Below, one piece after another: positions 1 to 12,134 of a stretch of 64,000 nt of DNA. The translations under genes and the position numbers were made by a program. Source of the stretch: Callorhinchus milii (lineage: Eukaryota); contig NW_024704755.1 of NCBI RefSeq assembly GCF_018977255.1, positions 15,872,001 through 15,936,000 of the forward strand. Direction: 5' to 3'. Numbering within the stretch: the stretch's first letter is position 1; every line of letters begins with the position of its first letter. The notes beneath the pieces are model-generated. The model did not search any database, was not told where the DNA came from, and saw only the letters and a list, made by a program, of their open reading frames with translations.

Positions 1-149
1 TATTAATCCGGAGTTGTTTAGCAAGGATACTGTGAGAAAATCTCTTCTTTTCTCCAGTAGGGAAGCAGGATATTTAAGCCAGCCGGACAGGCAAACGGAA
101 CATCGGTTAAAAGTTTAACTGGAAGAATAGCACCTCCATTCACAGGATG

Positions 150-650
150 TCCTAAAAGTACTCTGGTACAGCCTCTGGTCTCAATATTGATTTCAACAAT
201 TTCAGACCATAACAGCTCAACTTCCTCTACCCCTCTTCTGTGCTCAACTTCCTCTCCCCCTCTTCTGTGCCCAATAAACTCGTCGTCTGGGTCCCAAATA
301 CACCTTTTCTCTCTCTGGTCTGCCTATTTCCTTTCAACATTCTACCCCCTCACCACCACCCCCACCTTTTGTTTGGCATTATTATCTCCTCTATTCTCCT
401 ATTTTCTTGCAAACCCTCCTTTGTTTTACATAATTATATCCACTTTAACCCATCGACCCCTGTCATTCACCCCATTTTCTCCTTTGTCTTCTTGCCCTAT
501 CTTCCTCGTCTCTGTTAGCTCTTGAAAGCCTCTCCCTCACAACATGCTCCAGTTCTGACGAACGGTTGTGGACCTGAAACATTGACTCACTTTCCTGCAT
601 AGATGTTGCCTGACTTACTAAGTGTTCCCATCATCTTCTGTTTTTGTTGG
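150..650 (+). mobile_element. Penelope-like element, 3' end and terminal repeat
   Basis: Degenerate GIY-YIG C-terminal-like stretch (..tctggtctcaatattgatttcaacaatttc.., SGLNIDFNNF), a pyrimidine-rich 3' region, then a terminal repeat homologous to 34809-34996. Confidence 0.55.
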
Positions 651-654
651 AGAT

Positions 655-960
655 GTTAAGAGTCTGGTCCAGGAGAAGGGCTGCGGAGCACAGGAGGGTC
701 TGAGGCTTCCGTAGAGAGATGCTGCCAGTCCAATGAACAGGGAATTGAAATGATCAAGCCTGGACATGATGAATACATCAGGGTCTCGGCAGCCAGCGAC
801 AGCGGTACTGATTGATTCAGGCGATTTTGGGAAGATGTTGGGAAGATGTTGGGAAGGTGCTGGAAAACAGAGCGATTCACAGCCAGGAAGGATAGTTGAT
901 TTTTGGGGGGTTCAGCCGGTGTCTAACATATGCGAGAGTCCATCACTGTGCTCAGCAGTA
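655..960 (-). mobile_element. Degenerate L2-like LINE fragment
   Basis: Minus-strand AAETLM..PGLIISIP resembles the decayed L2 ORF2 segment AETLIHAFVTSRLDYSN seen in other copies in this window. Confidence 0.35.
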
Positions 961-1270
961 CGTCAATCAAAATGAGAGTTACATGTATTTCACATCAACT
1001 TGAAATTTTCTCTCTATAGAAAGCGGAAGAGGAAGTACATAGATGAGGAACAGGAGGAGCTCATGTTACAAGATACACAGTAAAGAGAGTCAGCAAAAGA
1101 GAGAAACATGATCCTCTACACAGTTTCCAAAACTAAACAAAAATGTAATTATTGAAATCTGATATATAAAGATTATTTGATGTGTTAGATTGAGTAGAAT
1201 ATTGTAGAAGTTATAACACTTCATAGCAATTATAAGACAGTGATTTAAAACGTTAAAATTATACTGTGGC

Positions 1271-1862
1271 TGTTGGCTTCAGGCACTGTGAGGAGCAGGC
1301 ACAACCTTTAGTCCTGAAGCATGAGGTAAGGGCCACCTGGAGATATGGGGAGACCCTGAGCCTGGCACCATGATAATGGAATATGTGCCTGAAAGCTTTT
1401 TCTTGAAGAAGGGTTACACTCTCAAGGACAGTACTGAGATACGGTGAAGCCTATCTCAATTCCATATGGTAGAAAAGAAGAGAGCCTCGTTGATCAGGTT
1501 AGACAGAACAAAGCAAGAATAAAATTCTGGAGACCATAATCTTATCTGGCCGGAGCAAAGGTTAGAGGGGAATTTAGTGTAATTGGGGTGCCATTGAACA
1601 GAGAGGGGTGGAAGCAGAAAGAGACAGGTGTGGAAGCAAAGAGAGAGAGACTAAGAGAGAATGTGAGTATTGCAAAAGCTTGAGCCTGAGAAGCCGACAC
1701 GAAAGACTGAAATCAGCCTACAAAAGACATAGAACTGGCAGTATGACTATTTACCTCTTTTGCTATATACTCGTAAACTGTTTGTGAATAATAAACCATT
1801 ATATCTTTAGTAAGGATTGTTGAGTCATTATTTCAGATCCTCGAGACCGGTATATCCCAACA
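1271..1862 (+). mobile_element. Candidate solo LTR (592 bp)
   Basis: Begins TGTTGG and ends CCAACA (6-bp inverted termini), with AATAAA at 1790-1795. The flanking 5-mers gtggc/gatgc match only 3/5. Confidence 0.45.
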
Positions 1863-2569
1863 GATGCTTATAATAATGTTTGGATTTGAATCAGAGTTGT
1901 GACGTTCAGCGGTTCATAGGCAATTATTGTCAGAGGTAATTATTGTGTATAATCACTGTACTTTGTGCTCTGTGAAGTGTTTGAGACGTCCTCCACAAGT
2001 GAAATGCGCTATTTCAAAAGCAAAGGTTATATTATTTCATATTGGACAGCGCAGCACAACAATACTTGGCTCCACTACGAGCTTAATTGAGATGCGAATG
2101 TGATATCAACTGAGCTAAATTTACACTTAAACCACAATGCTATTATACATGTATTACTCTCGTATCACAATGCTCTCCCCTGCTCTATTTGTTTACTTCC
2201 AATCTGCCCTGAACACTCCACCTTGCAATGGTCACGATTAATGTGATGCTGAGCACCGAAGATGTAATTATCATAAGTGTGTTTCTCTCACCAAAAGCAT
2301 TTCGACGTCAAATCTGGGTATTTATTACGAGTGAACCACGTGGATTTATGTTTCTTTCACTTCAATAAACAAACTGCAGAGGGAAGCAGAACAACAATAT
2401 AGTTTCAGCTGCAAATGCATTTCAGCACTGTATTCATTCTTTCCATCACCAGCTGCCAATGCTCCGGTTTCATTAAAGTCTTATCGCGCATTGCAACGTG
2501 GTGAACGCATTCCTCAGGATTTAATCTACTGACACATGAGGGTAGACGAACCCGGTATCCTATTTCACA

Positions 2570-2762
2570 CAGCAATGTCCACAAAGAGACATTAAATATA
2601 TTACCATTTTTACACAGGGTTGTTTGGCCAGGACAACGGGAAAAAATCGCCCACAAATATACGGTCAATTCACTTTACAGTCTATTCTGTGAAGCACTTT
2701 GAGATATCGAGAAGATGTGAAAGGCGCTACACCAAATGCAAGGATTATTATTATTATTATAT
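2570..2762 (+). mobile_element. SINE 3' portion ending in (ATT)n
   Basis: Matches the 3' half of the tRNA-derived SINE described at 9532-9854. Confidence 0.7.
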
Positions 2763-3429
2763 AAATCCCTCCTGTTTTTCAGTAACGACATAGAATATTT
2801 TACACCCATCTGAACAGGCAAACAGGACCTCGGATAAACGTTTCACTCAAAGGATAGCACTCCCATTAGAGAATGTTCTTAAAATTCTCTTATCAATATT
2901 CAACCGATAATCATCTGACTCAGTGGCCACAGTGCTGAGCCGAGCTGACGCTTATTGCTCAATCTTGCATTTCACCTGGTGCCTTTATGTGATGAAAACG
3001 TTTTAAAACGCATTGCTGTTAAGTTAGTGACTGTGTTTGCAAGCGAGGGCGGCAGAGAAAATGCACAGTCGATTCAACAGTATCATTCAAAACAATATTT
3101 AGCGCACAGATTTTGATATTAGTTCGAAAGTAATCCCGAAATCCATAGATTAAAATTTACCTTCTATTCTGTAATCAGCCGAATGTAGTGGACTCAGGAG
3201 CATGTTACACGACAGTGCCTTGAGTGTACATGAGCTGGAGCTCTAACGTCAAGTTAACCCTATGGCATTTACAGCATCATTTTATTTACAACTATATAAT
3301 TCCACCTCTCCGAGCTACAAATGGTTTGTGTTATTCACATTTGTCTGTCTGAAAGATGCTTTTTACAATTGATTTGAAGATTAAAAGGAAACTTATTATC
3401 ATACTGTTACGAAATGAAACAACTTGTGC

Positions 3430-3680
3430 CCATCACTAGGAATGGATGGAAGATCGGCCACCGATGTTGGAAAGGAAGGGAGAGAACCCAACAGGAGGCC
3501 AGAGCCAGTGGAGTGGAGGCTGTGGGTACCGGAGTGGAGAGTAAACAGATTGGAGAGGTAGTGAGGGACAGTCAGGAAATGAGTGGTTATGTAAACCAGT
3601 GAGAGGATCTTGAAGTTGATCCGTCCTGTGATAAGGAGCCAGTGTGGCCTGGCAAGGCTTGGGGGGAGGGCGATTCACAG
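3430..3680 (-). mobile_element. L2-like LINE ORF2 fragment
   Basis: Homologous to the decayed LHWLP..RIDFKIL region of other L2 copies (gaggatcttgaagttgatcc). Confidence 0.5.
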
Positions 3681-4016
3681 TTTAAAAGTCTGCATTAATT
3701 TTGAATGATAGTCTTTTGAATGATACTATTTAGACATCAGAACCTGATAAGTCACTGTGTACAGTTGCTGTCACCCCACCATAGGGGCTGCCCTAGAGAC
3801 AGTCCAGAGAAGGAAGGAGAGAGAAGCAACAAGAATCATCCCAAGGGTTAGAGGAACGATCTATCAACAGGAATGGACAAGCTGTGCTCTCCAGATTTGT
3901 GAGAAGGCGACTCATTCGGGTCTCTCGGGGTCTCACTAATATAATACCTTTCACATAAGGCGATAGTCTGAAAGCATTTTATAAAACCAGAGTTGGAGCC
4001 CAACTGCGCCACAGGG

Positions 4017-4025
4017 ACAGGAAGT
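4017..4025 (+). promoter_or_regulatory. ETS/PU.1-type motif in the proximal promoter of receptor A
   Basis: ACAGGAAGT about 95 nt upstream of ATG 4119. Short motif with positional support only. Confidence 0.3.
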
Positions 4026-4118
4026 CAACATCACTCTCACACATCTCATCTCAACTGACTGCAACCCCTTGTAACAGATCAGTGACCGCTTTAGGGTTTG
4101 TCTCAGTCAGAGATCAGA

Positions 4119-7100
4119 ATGTTGGCGAGTGTTGTGTTTCAGTGTCTGTCTCTCATGTGGATCATTCCTAAAGGTTTGTCCTTATTCAATGTCACAGTTT
4201 GCTGAAAAAGGACAAGGATAAAGTTCTTATTCTAGTTTTATCCATTTATAGAGTAAATCTCATCTCTAACTTACTCTGTGTTTATCTCTTTGTCGCAGTA
4301 CTTTTGTTTCAAAACAATGTTTGAATTTATTTCTGACAGTTGCTGACGGGACATCGATCCAAGTAACTCAACATCCCGAACACATCGCTATAAACACTGG
4401 TGAAAATGTGAAGTTCTCCTGTAACTTCCCCGACACCAAGATTATAAAAACAAACTGGTGGAAGCAGGGAGAGAGTGAATACCTGAAAATTGATCACAAG
4501 AAACAATTTGATCAGAAAAGTGCAAGAAAGACTTCTCTCGAGCTCCTGGATGTGCGCCACCAGGATTCTGGAATCTATTACTGTGCAGCGATGACTGCGG
4601 GATATACAACAGTAAATGGAAGTGGATCACATTTAACGGTATATGGTAAGTATTGTTATAAGACTGAGAACTTAACTGTTATATATAATTGATCCATCAT
4701 TTACATTCATGTAAATTAATTTAATCATTTTGGGGGGAGAATCTTAAAGCGCTTTACAAAGGCTGAGGGGCTGCCGGAGCTGAGACCGAGGTGGGAGGGG
4801 AGAGTGGCCACAAGGACAGTCAAACTGGTGTGTCTTCAGGTGGGATTTGCGAGGAGAGAGGGAAGGGCGAGAAGGATGGATTTCGGGAAGGAATTCTAAA
4901 ACTTCGGGTCAACACAGCTGAACGTTCCCTCCACATGAACGTTTCCTAATCAGACACCCAACCGATCAAACTCTTTATTATAATTTACCATCTAAAATAT
5001 ACTTGTTCTTTTTATTCCCCCCACGCCAAGCTGTACCGTATAGCCTCATAGTCGTATGCATTACACCTCAGGTGCCATTTCTCTGCCCAGTCAACTAATC
5101 TGTCTCTATCGCCCTGAAGTGGCTTACAATCTTCTAATGACTAAATGACTGAAAGTTCTTCATTGTTAGTTACTCCGTATTTTGTGAATCATGTAAACTT
5201 GGACATTGTTCCTCTTATATTACAATCCAGACCATATATAAATGTCGAATTACCATAGGTTAGTGGGAGCTGACTTGAAAAATTACACTAAAATTTGATG
5301 ATGGGTTTCATCATTCACTTCATTGCTATTGGGACGTCCTCCCGATGTGAAAAGCGCTATATCAAATGCAAGGATTATTATTATTATTATCGTGAGATAT
5401 TTCTGTACACAGAATGGACAGCCACGCACGAAAGTAAATATAAGCAATACTCTTCATAATAAATCCTGTGAAGCGACTTGAGACTTGAAAAGGCGTTACA
5501 TAAAAGATTTTTATTGCAGTGCCTCCAATTCCTCTAAAAATTTCGTACAAAGAACGTCGAGGAGATTCATCTGTGTTTCTGACTCTCGTGTGTGAAACGG
5601 CCGCGTTTTACCCGAAAAATCTCACCTTCACATGGTCTAAAAACGGCACAGAAATTACAACTGGGATACATACCACTGAACGACAGAACACTGAGGGACT
5701 GTTTGAAGCTTCCAGCTCTGTGGAGGAGACACAGTCTGTCCAGAATGGGACAGTTTATACCTGTCGGGTGTCTCACATCAGCCTCCAGACTCCAGGAATT
5801 CGCAACTACACCATCTACAAGGTTTACCTTCCTGACAAAGGTAGGAATACAACAGTCTCAATGTCAATTAGCGTTAATTGTCTTTCACAAGAATATTTCC
5901 TTCTTTTAAATCACACCGCGAACCATAGCCATAAAATTTGCTTCATGTAAAATATAAACCACTTTCACCTTTTAATGCATAACATTTGAATTGTTATGAA
6001 TGCAAAATATCACTTGCCCTTGACAATATTAACCAGTCAGGTTTAAAACCTCTAATTTACAGTATATTGTAACCAAGAATGCGAGTATGAAACGTGAATT
6101 TCCACTCAATTTCTTAATTATTAGTAGATATTATGTTCCCTCTGTTTCCCCTCAGACCTGTCTTGAATAGCGCCATTTTATTAAATAACTTTAGTAAAAT
6201 GATCTGCTCTCAGGCTTTTTACAGTGATGCTTTTGTTCAAACTCAGTTCCCTGATCCCTGTGGAGCGGCAGTGAGACAGGAAGATATCTGTGCCGATGAT
6301 GGTGCTCAGGAAACCTTGTTTCACCTTATAATGGCGCAGCACATTGGAGCGTTTTGACCCGCGATTACAGTTTGGCTGCACTTGGGAACTTTTAATAGAT
6401 GTCTCTATCTACAGCTGTCTCCCTACAAAATAACTAACATACCTGCCCCCGATCTCCTTACTGATAATAAATATATTCACCCACAAAATATTGAGTCAAA
6501 AAACACTTTGCAATACAAGTTTCTTCGAAGCACTTTGAGACACCTGCATGATGTAACAAGGCACTATATCAAATGCAAGCATTACAATTTATTATTATTC
6601 CCAAGAGGTTTCATTGTCCACAGTTTCTCTCCACAAAATAATTAACTTGCTCTCCCATCTCCCTTACTGTTCAGTAAAAATGATTGAATACTTTATTTTA
6701 AAGGGATTAAGGGATATGGGGATAAGGCAGGGTTATGGTATTAGCAGGACTTAGATTAGAAGATCAGCCATGATTTATTGCCAGGGCAGGCTCGAAGGGC
6801 CGAATGGTCTACTCCTGCTCCTTTATGTAATGTTAAACAGATAAAACATAATCCGATGGCGAAGCAGGGGACAAGTCACATGAAACATTCCGGTTTTCAT
6901 TTGTTAGACATTGTTCTTAAATGGAAAAATATAACATTGTATTTTGTCCTAAAACGCTTTTTTTCTAGAGAATTGTGTCATTACTGAAACGGTAAACCAT
7001 CGGATCACAAAGTGCAGTTTCACCTCTCATCTCCCGGTGTCCAGGCCAACAATCCCCCAAATCAACTTGTTGGCTGATTCTATGATTGTAAGGCATTATT

Positions 7101-10100
7101 GTGCAGAAATTGGCTGCCACGTTTCGGCAAAAAATACACAATCTCAACATTTGACAGTATATCATGTGAAGTGCTTTGAGGTGCCTTGACAATGTGAAAA
7201 TATGTTGTGTAAAATGCAAGGATTATTACATCATTATTATGATCTTATATTGTTTTTATGGAAGAAAAGGATCGGCACCTATATCCATTACTGATCGCTG
7301 GATGTGCAGTGGGGGTGGCTGTTTTGGTGCTTTTGGTATACTTTGGGAATCGATCCAAATTAATGAAAATGAAAGGTAAGAATTTTGTTCTGGTTAATTA
7401 TGAATGCTTGATTTTGGTACATGTAGTTGTGAAAGTGCTAATAGTCCTTTGGTAACGCAGAGAGACTGTTTCTCAAAGAAAAATCGACCTGAAAGTTTGG
7501 GGATCCAATTGTTTTTCACTCTTTTCATTCTCCATTGGAGATTCAATAAAAATTTCAGTTATTATATTTCATTAATTTTAGGGGTACACAGGAAACAGAA
7601 TGATTTGGACCATCAGAGCCAACAGGTAATATCCATCCCAGGCAGTGTTTCATACCTAACATTAACATTGATTGATAACATTGAAAAGGATTGTGTTGTT
7701 TATAATTATTTGAGGATATTTTCAAAATGTTTCTTACCTGATTGCCCGCTTCACTATGTCATTGAAATTGTATTCACACATGTAACTCAGGTAACATAAT
7801 ATACAAGCCAACCAGTCTTGAGAAAACATTCCTTTACATTAAGGTAAAAGTTGAGAGTTGCAGTTTGTGATTTACAGGAAGTGCATGGAGGAGATGCTGA
7901 GAGGGTCACTTATATCACACTGGATTTGAAAAGTTCCAATAAACTTTCAAGACCGAAACATCAGGAAGACAGGACAGTGTACGCCAAGGTACAGCTGAAA
8001 AGCATTGCATCAACGCATACACAATCAAATTATTCTAAATGTAATACATTGTGCCTCATGTGCTCCATTTTGGGCTCGAGGGTATATAGAAATAAACTAT
8101 TTCCATTGTTTAAAGGCATCAGCAAATAGAGGACATGTATAAGATTGACATAAGGAGCAAAAGGAAAGTTTAGCAGATTTTTTCATACGATGTGCGGGTT
8201 TGGTAAGGTGGTAGAAGCAGATTTGTGTGTTTCAAGACAGAATTAGATAGGTACATGATATATATGCTTAACTAGGTATCTAGTCCGATTATGCAATTTT
8301 CGCATAAAGACCGAATGAAACTAAATTCTAATTCCTTGGCTTTTATAGATCAAGCAAAAAGCAGAAAATAACAAGCAGGTATATGCTTCTTTGGAGTTTT
8401 CTGGCCCAGAGAAAGGAGGAAAACCGAAGAGAAGCAAACCAAATACAGTGTATGCTACAGTGCAGGTGAGAAACTGTGAAGGGCAATAGAGGCCATTTAC
8501 AGTGAACCAAAAACAATGATGAATTGCATTAATAGGTTCAGGACCTAACCCTAACCCACACTCAGCCGAACTGCTTTCCAATTGGGTAATTAGCTATGGC
8601 CACCTGGATGATTTCCACCCGGTCTCTGCATGCGCGTTTTGGCTGCCGCCCCACCCTGAGTCTCCCGCTCCACTCTAAATATCTCTCCTCCCACCCCACT
8701 CTATGTCTCTCCTCCCACCCCCCTCTGTGTCTCTCCTCCTAACCCCGTCTAGCCGCTACTCCCCCTCTGTCCTTCTCTCCCACTGCACTCCCCGCCTTCT
8801 CTCTCTCCTTGATCCCATCACCACCTCCCTCTGCTCCAGCCTGGGCCTCCTCTGCTGGGCACATCATGGCTCCAGGCACTGGCTATCCCAGAGCAGCCAC
8901 CCCAAGTGACCAATCATTCACTCCCTCCACACAAACCGCTTCCTTAAGGCAAACCCAACTTCGCCCTCCCTCATACGCACCCTCCCCAACTCTCCACTCA
9001 CACCACTCTCCACAATCATCTCTCCTGTACACCCAAAATCCTCTCTGCATCACTCTCTGCTCCCTCCCCTCCTTCCAGCATCTCCAAACCCACCCGATAC
9101 CCCTCGTACAACAATCATCACCACCGCCTAAAAACCCAAACCCGGCTGCTCGAGCGCAGATGGTGGAAAACTGGCCTGACAGTTTACCGCCAATTGTGGC
9201 TCGGGCATCTCCACAGCTGCCGCTGTTCTTTGACACGCGCAAAAACAGCCTTCTACTCCAACATCATCTTGGAGGCTAAACACAAACCTAAAATCCTTTT
9301 TTCCAGCACCCACTAACTCCTGCGTGCCCCTCCTCAGAAGTCCTCAATCTTCATATCAAATGCCAAGTGTGACGGAGTCATGGATTTCTTTTCATCTAAA
9401 ATACATAACATCCGCCAGGCAGCCTCATCGACCTGCCTCTTGTCACCCATCACCATGCCCTCTCTGTTCCCCTCACCCTCCCCATCATCTGCTCCTACCA
9501 CCATCCCCATCCTGTAGCTCATCCCCATCCTGTGGAGTCCTGTAGCTCAGTGGTTACAGCACTCGCTTTACAAGCGAGAAACCTGAGTTCAATTCCAGGC
9601 ACAGGGCGAAACCTTGGGCCAGTTTCCTTACTCCACACACCTAATAATAATCCCTCCAAAACCAAAAACAATGATAAAATTGATCATTTTCAATCTACGA
9701 CTGTTTGTGGGACATCGCTGTGCGCAATTGGCTGCCGCGTTTGCCCACAAATATACAGTCAATTCACTTTACAATGTGCTCTGTGAAGCGCTTTGGGACG
9801 TCCTCCCAACGTGAAAAGCGCTATATCAAATGCAGGGATTATTATTATTATTATCCTACATTCCTCCTCCCCATCTCACCCTCCTCCTTCTTACCCACCA
9901 TCACCTCCACGAAACCCACCACCTGCTGCCTCGAACCCCTTCCCATCACCTTGCTGGTCACCCAGCTCCCCTCCTCTGTCCACTACTGGCTGACGTCATC
10001 AACCAGTCCCACTCCTCCGGATCAGTCCCTGACCCCCTCAAAACTGCTGTCATCAACCCCCCACCTCAAAAATACTTCCCTAGATCCCTCAAAGCCCAAC

Positions 10101-12094
10101 CACTGCCGCCCTATTTCTAACCTGCCCTTCCTCGCAAAAGTCCTGGAACGCGTTGTTATCAATCAATTTTGTGCACACCTCCTCCCACTCCCTCTTCGAA
10201 CCGCTCCAGTCCGGTTTCTGCCCACAGTACAGACACTGCACTTGTGAAAGTCACAAACGACATCCTCTATCTGTGACCGGGGCTCCCTCTGCCTTCTTGT
10301 CCTCCTAGACCTCTCCGCCATGTTCGACACAATTGATCACGCCATCCTCCTCCACCGCCTTTCCACCGTCATCCACCTCACTGGGACCGCACTCGCCTGG
10401 TTCAAGTCCTACCTCACAAACCGCCAGCAGTACATCTCCACAAATGGCTTCTCCTCCCGCTCTCACCCAGTTACCTGCGGGGCCCCCCAGGATCCATCCT
10501 TGGCCCCTCCTCTTTCTGACTTATATGCTCCCTCTTGGGGATGTCATCCGCAGAAATGGGGTACATTTCCACATGTATGCGGATGACACCCAGCTCTATT
10601 TTTCCACCTCTCATTGCGACCCCCAGTCCCCTGATGTTCTGTCAGCTGCCCGTCAGACCTCAGGGGCTGAATGAGCGCAAATTTCCTTCAGCTGAACATT
10701 GACAAGACAGAAGCCATACTCTTTGGCTCTCATCAATGTCTAAAATCTCATGATTCTCACCTCCTCCACCTACCCAACCTCCCCATAAAATTCTCTGAAC
10801 GCATACGCAACCTAACGATCAGGTTCGACCCCCAATTATCCTTCCTCCCCCACATCCAATCCCTCACCACCACTGCTTTCTTCCACCTCCGACGCATTGC
10901 CCGTCTCCACCAATACCTCTCTCCAAAAGCCACTGAAACCCTGGTCAATGCCTTTGTTACCTGTCAGCTGGAGTATTCAAATGTCCTCCTCACTTGCCTC
11001 CCCTCCACTATCATCCATAAAATTCAGGTTATTCAAAACTCTGCCGCCTGCATTCTCACCCACACCAAACTCCGCTCCCCAATTACCCCAGTCCTCACCA
11101 GACTGCACTGGCTCCCTGTCCCAGAGAGGATCGATTTCAAGATCCTCAGCCTTGTCTTGAAAACCCCCTGCCTCTCTGACCTCCTCCCTCCTCAAAACAA
11201 TGCCTGTTGCCTTCGTTCCTCCAGGTCTGGCCTCCTCCTTGTCCCCCAAGTCCTCTGCTCTACCCTCGGCAGCAGTGCCTTCAGCCACTATGCACCGAAG
11301 CTCTAGAACTCCCTTCCTCACTCCCTTCACCTTGTCCCCTCTCTTCCTATTTTCTTTGATGAAGATCTTTCTTTTTGACCGAGTCTTTGGTCACCTTCCT
11401 CCCGCTCTTCCTGGCTTGGCCTCGGGATCCATTACTGTGAAGCTCTGAGACGCCATCTGGCGTGGAGTGCACTATATGAATCTAAGTTGTTATTGTTGTT
11501 GTTGTTGATCTTTTGATATAGCTAGAAAATTATAGAATCATAGAGCTATACAGCACATAAGGAGGCCATTCAGGCCATTGTGTCTGTCCTGACTCTTTGA
11601 AAAGTGCTGTCCAAATCAATCCTATTCCCCTGCTCTCTGCCCTAACTCTGCAAACTTGTCCTTCCCAGATAATTTTTGACTTCTCTCTTAAGAGTTGTTA
11701 GAGGCTTCCACACCTTTTCAGGCAATGCATTCCAGATCCAAACAACTCGCTGTGTGAAAAAAATTCTCCTCGCTTCCTCTCTTTTTTTTAACAACTATTT
11801 TAAATTGGTGTCCTCAGGATATTGACCCACGCACCACTGGAAATAGTTTCTCCTTGTTCACTCTATCGAGTGCCCTCAAACTTTTGAAAGCTTAAAACTG
11901 TCAGTAGTTTATCAAAGTTGCACAAAAGGATAAGCTAACTATGTTCTGAAAAATTGGCTTTACAGGGCAAGCAAGGAGTAGCTGCTAACAAGCTGACATA
12001 CGCTGCTTTAGAATTTTCTGGCTCCAAGAAACCAGGAAAACCTAAACACAGCGACAAGAATACAGAGTATGCCAAGATACGGGTGAGAAAATAG
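4119..12094 (+). CDS. IgSF receptor A: leader-V(J-like)-C1-TM-cytoplasmic tail with 3x ITIM/ITSM (SIRP/NCR3-like inhibitory receptor), 397 aa
   Basis: Exons: 4119-4173 (leader [18 protein letters not shown]), 4340-4645 (V: [24 protein letters not shown]), 5520-5840 (C1: [24 protein letters not shown]), 7265-7375 ([25 protein letters not shown]), 7582-7625, 7878-7988, 8349-8465, 11966-12094 (TAG). All introns are GT-AG with compatible phases (1,1,1,1,0,0,0); 1194 nt total. Orthology is not established. Confidence 0.85.
7030..7240 (+). mobile_element. SINE 3' fragment just upstream of the TM exon of receptor A
   Basis: aattggctgcc..gtgaagtgctttgagg..aaatgcaaggattatta tail. Confidence 0.6.
8690..11510 (+). 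mobile_element. L2-clade LINE, frameshifted ORF2 (reverse transcriptase), interrupted by a SINE; inside the last intron of receptor A
   Basis: RT motifs [50 protein letters not shown] and [15 protein letters not shown] are spread over several frames; 3' (TTG)n tail near 11490-11507. Confidence 0.9.
9532..9854 (+). mobile_element. Full-length tRNA-derived SINE (about 320 bp) inserted in L2
   Basis: Head gtggagtcctgtagctcagtgg (A box) and gagttcaattcc (B box); L2-like tail gtgaaaagcgctatatcaaatgca followed by (ATT)n. Confidence 0.9.
11530..11890 (-). mobile_element. CR1 LINE 3' end
   Basis: atagaatcatagag..cagcacataaggaggccattc is the reverse complement of the CR1 3' terminus seen at 60313-60366. 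Confidence 0.7.
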
Positions 12095-12134
12095 AAAGGA
12101 GCAATGGAGGCCACCTCGATGGAACAGGATCCAC

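Noticed and set aside
2405-2566. Open minus-strand frame after a possible acceptor (GYRVRLPS..LKCICS*)
   Set aside because: No recognisable homology and no connectable upstream exon.
8690-11510. An active autonomous LINE
   Set aside because: ORF2 is split by frameshifts, stops and a SINE insertion.
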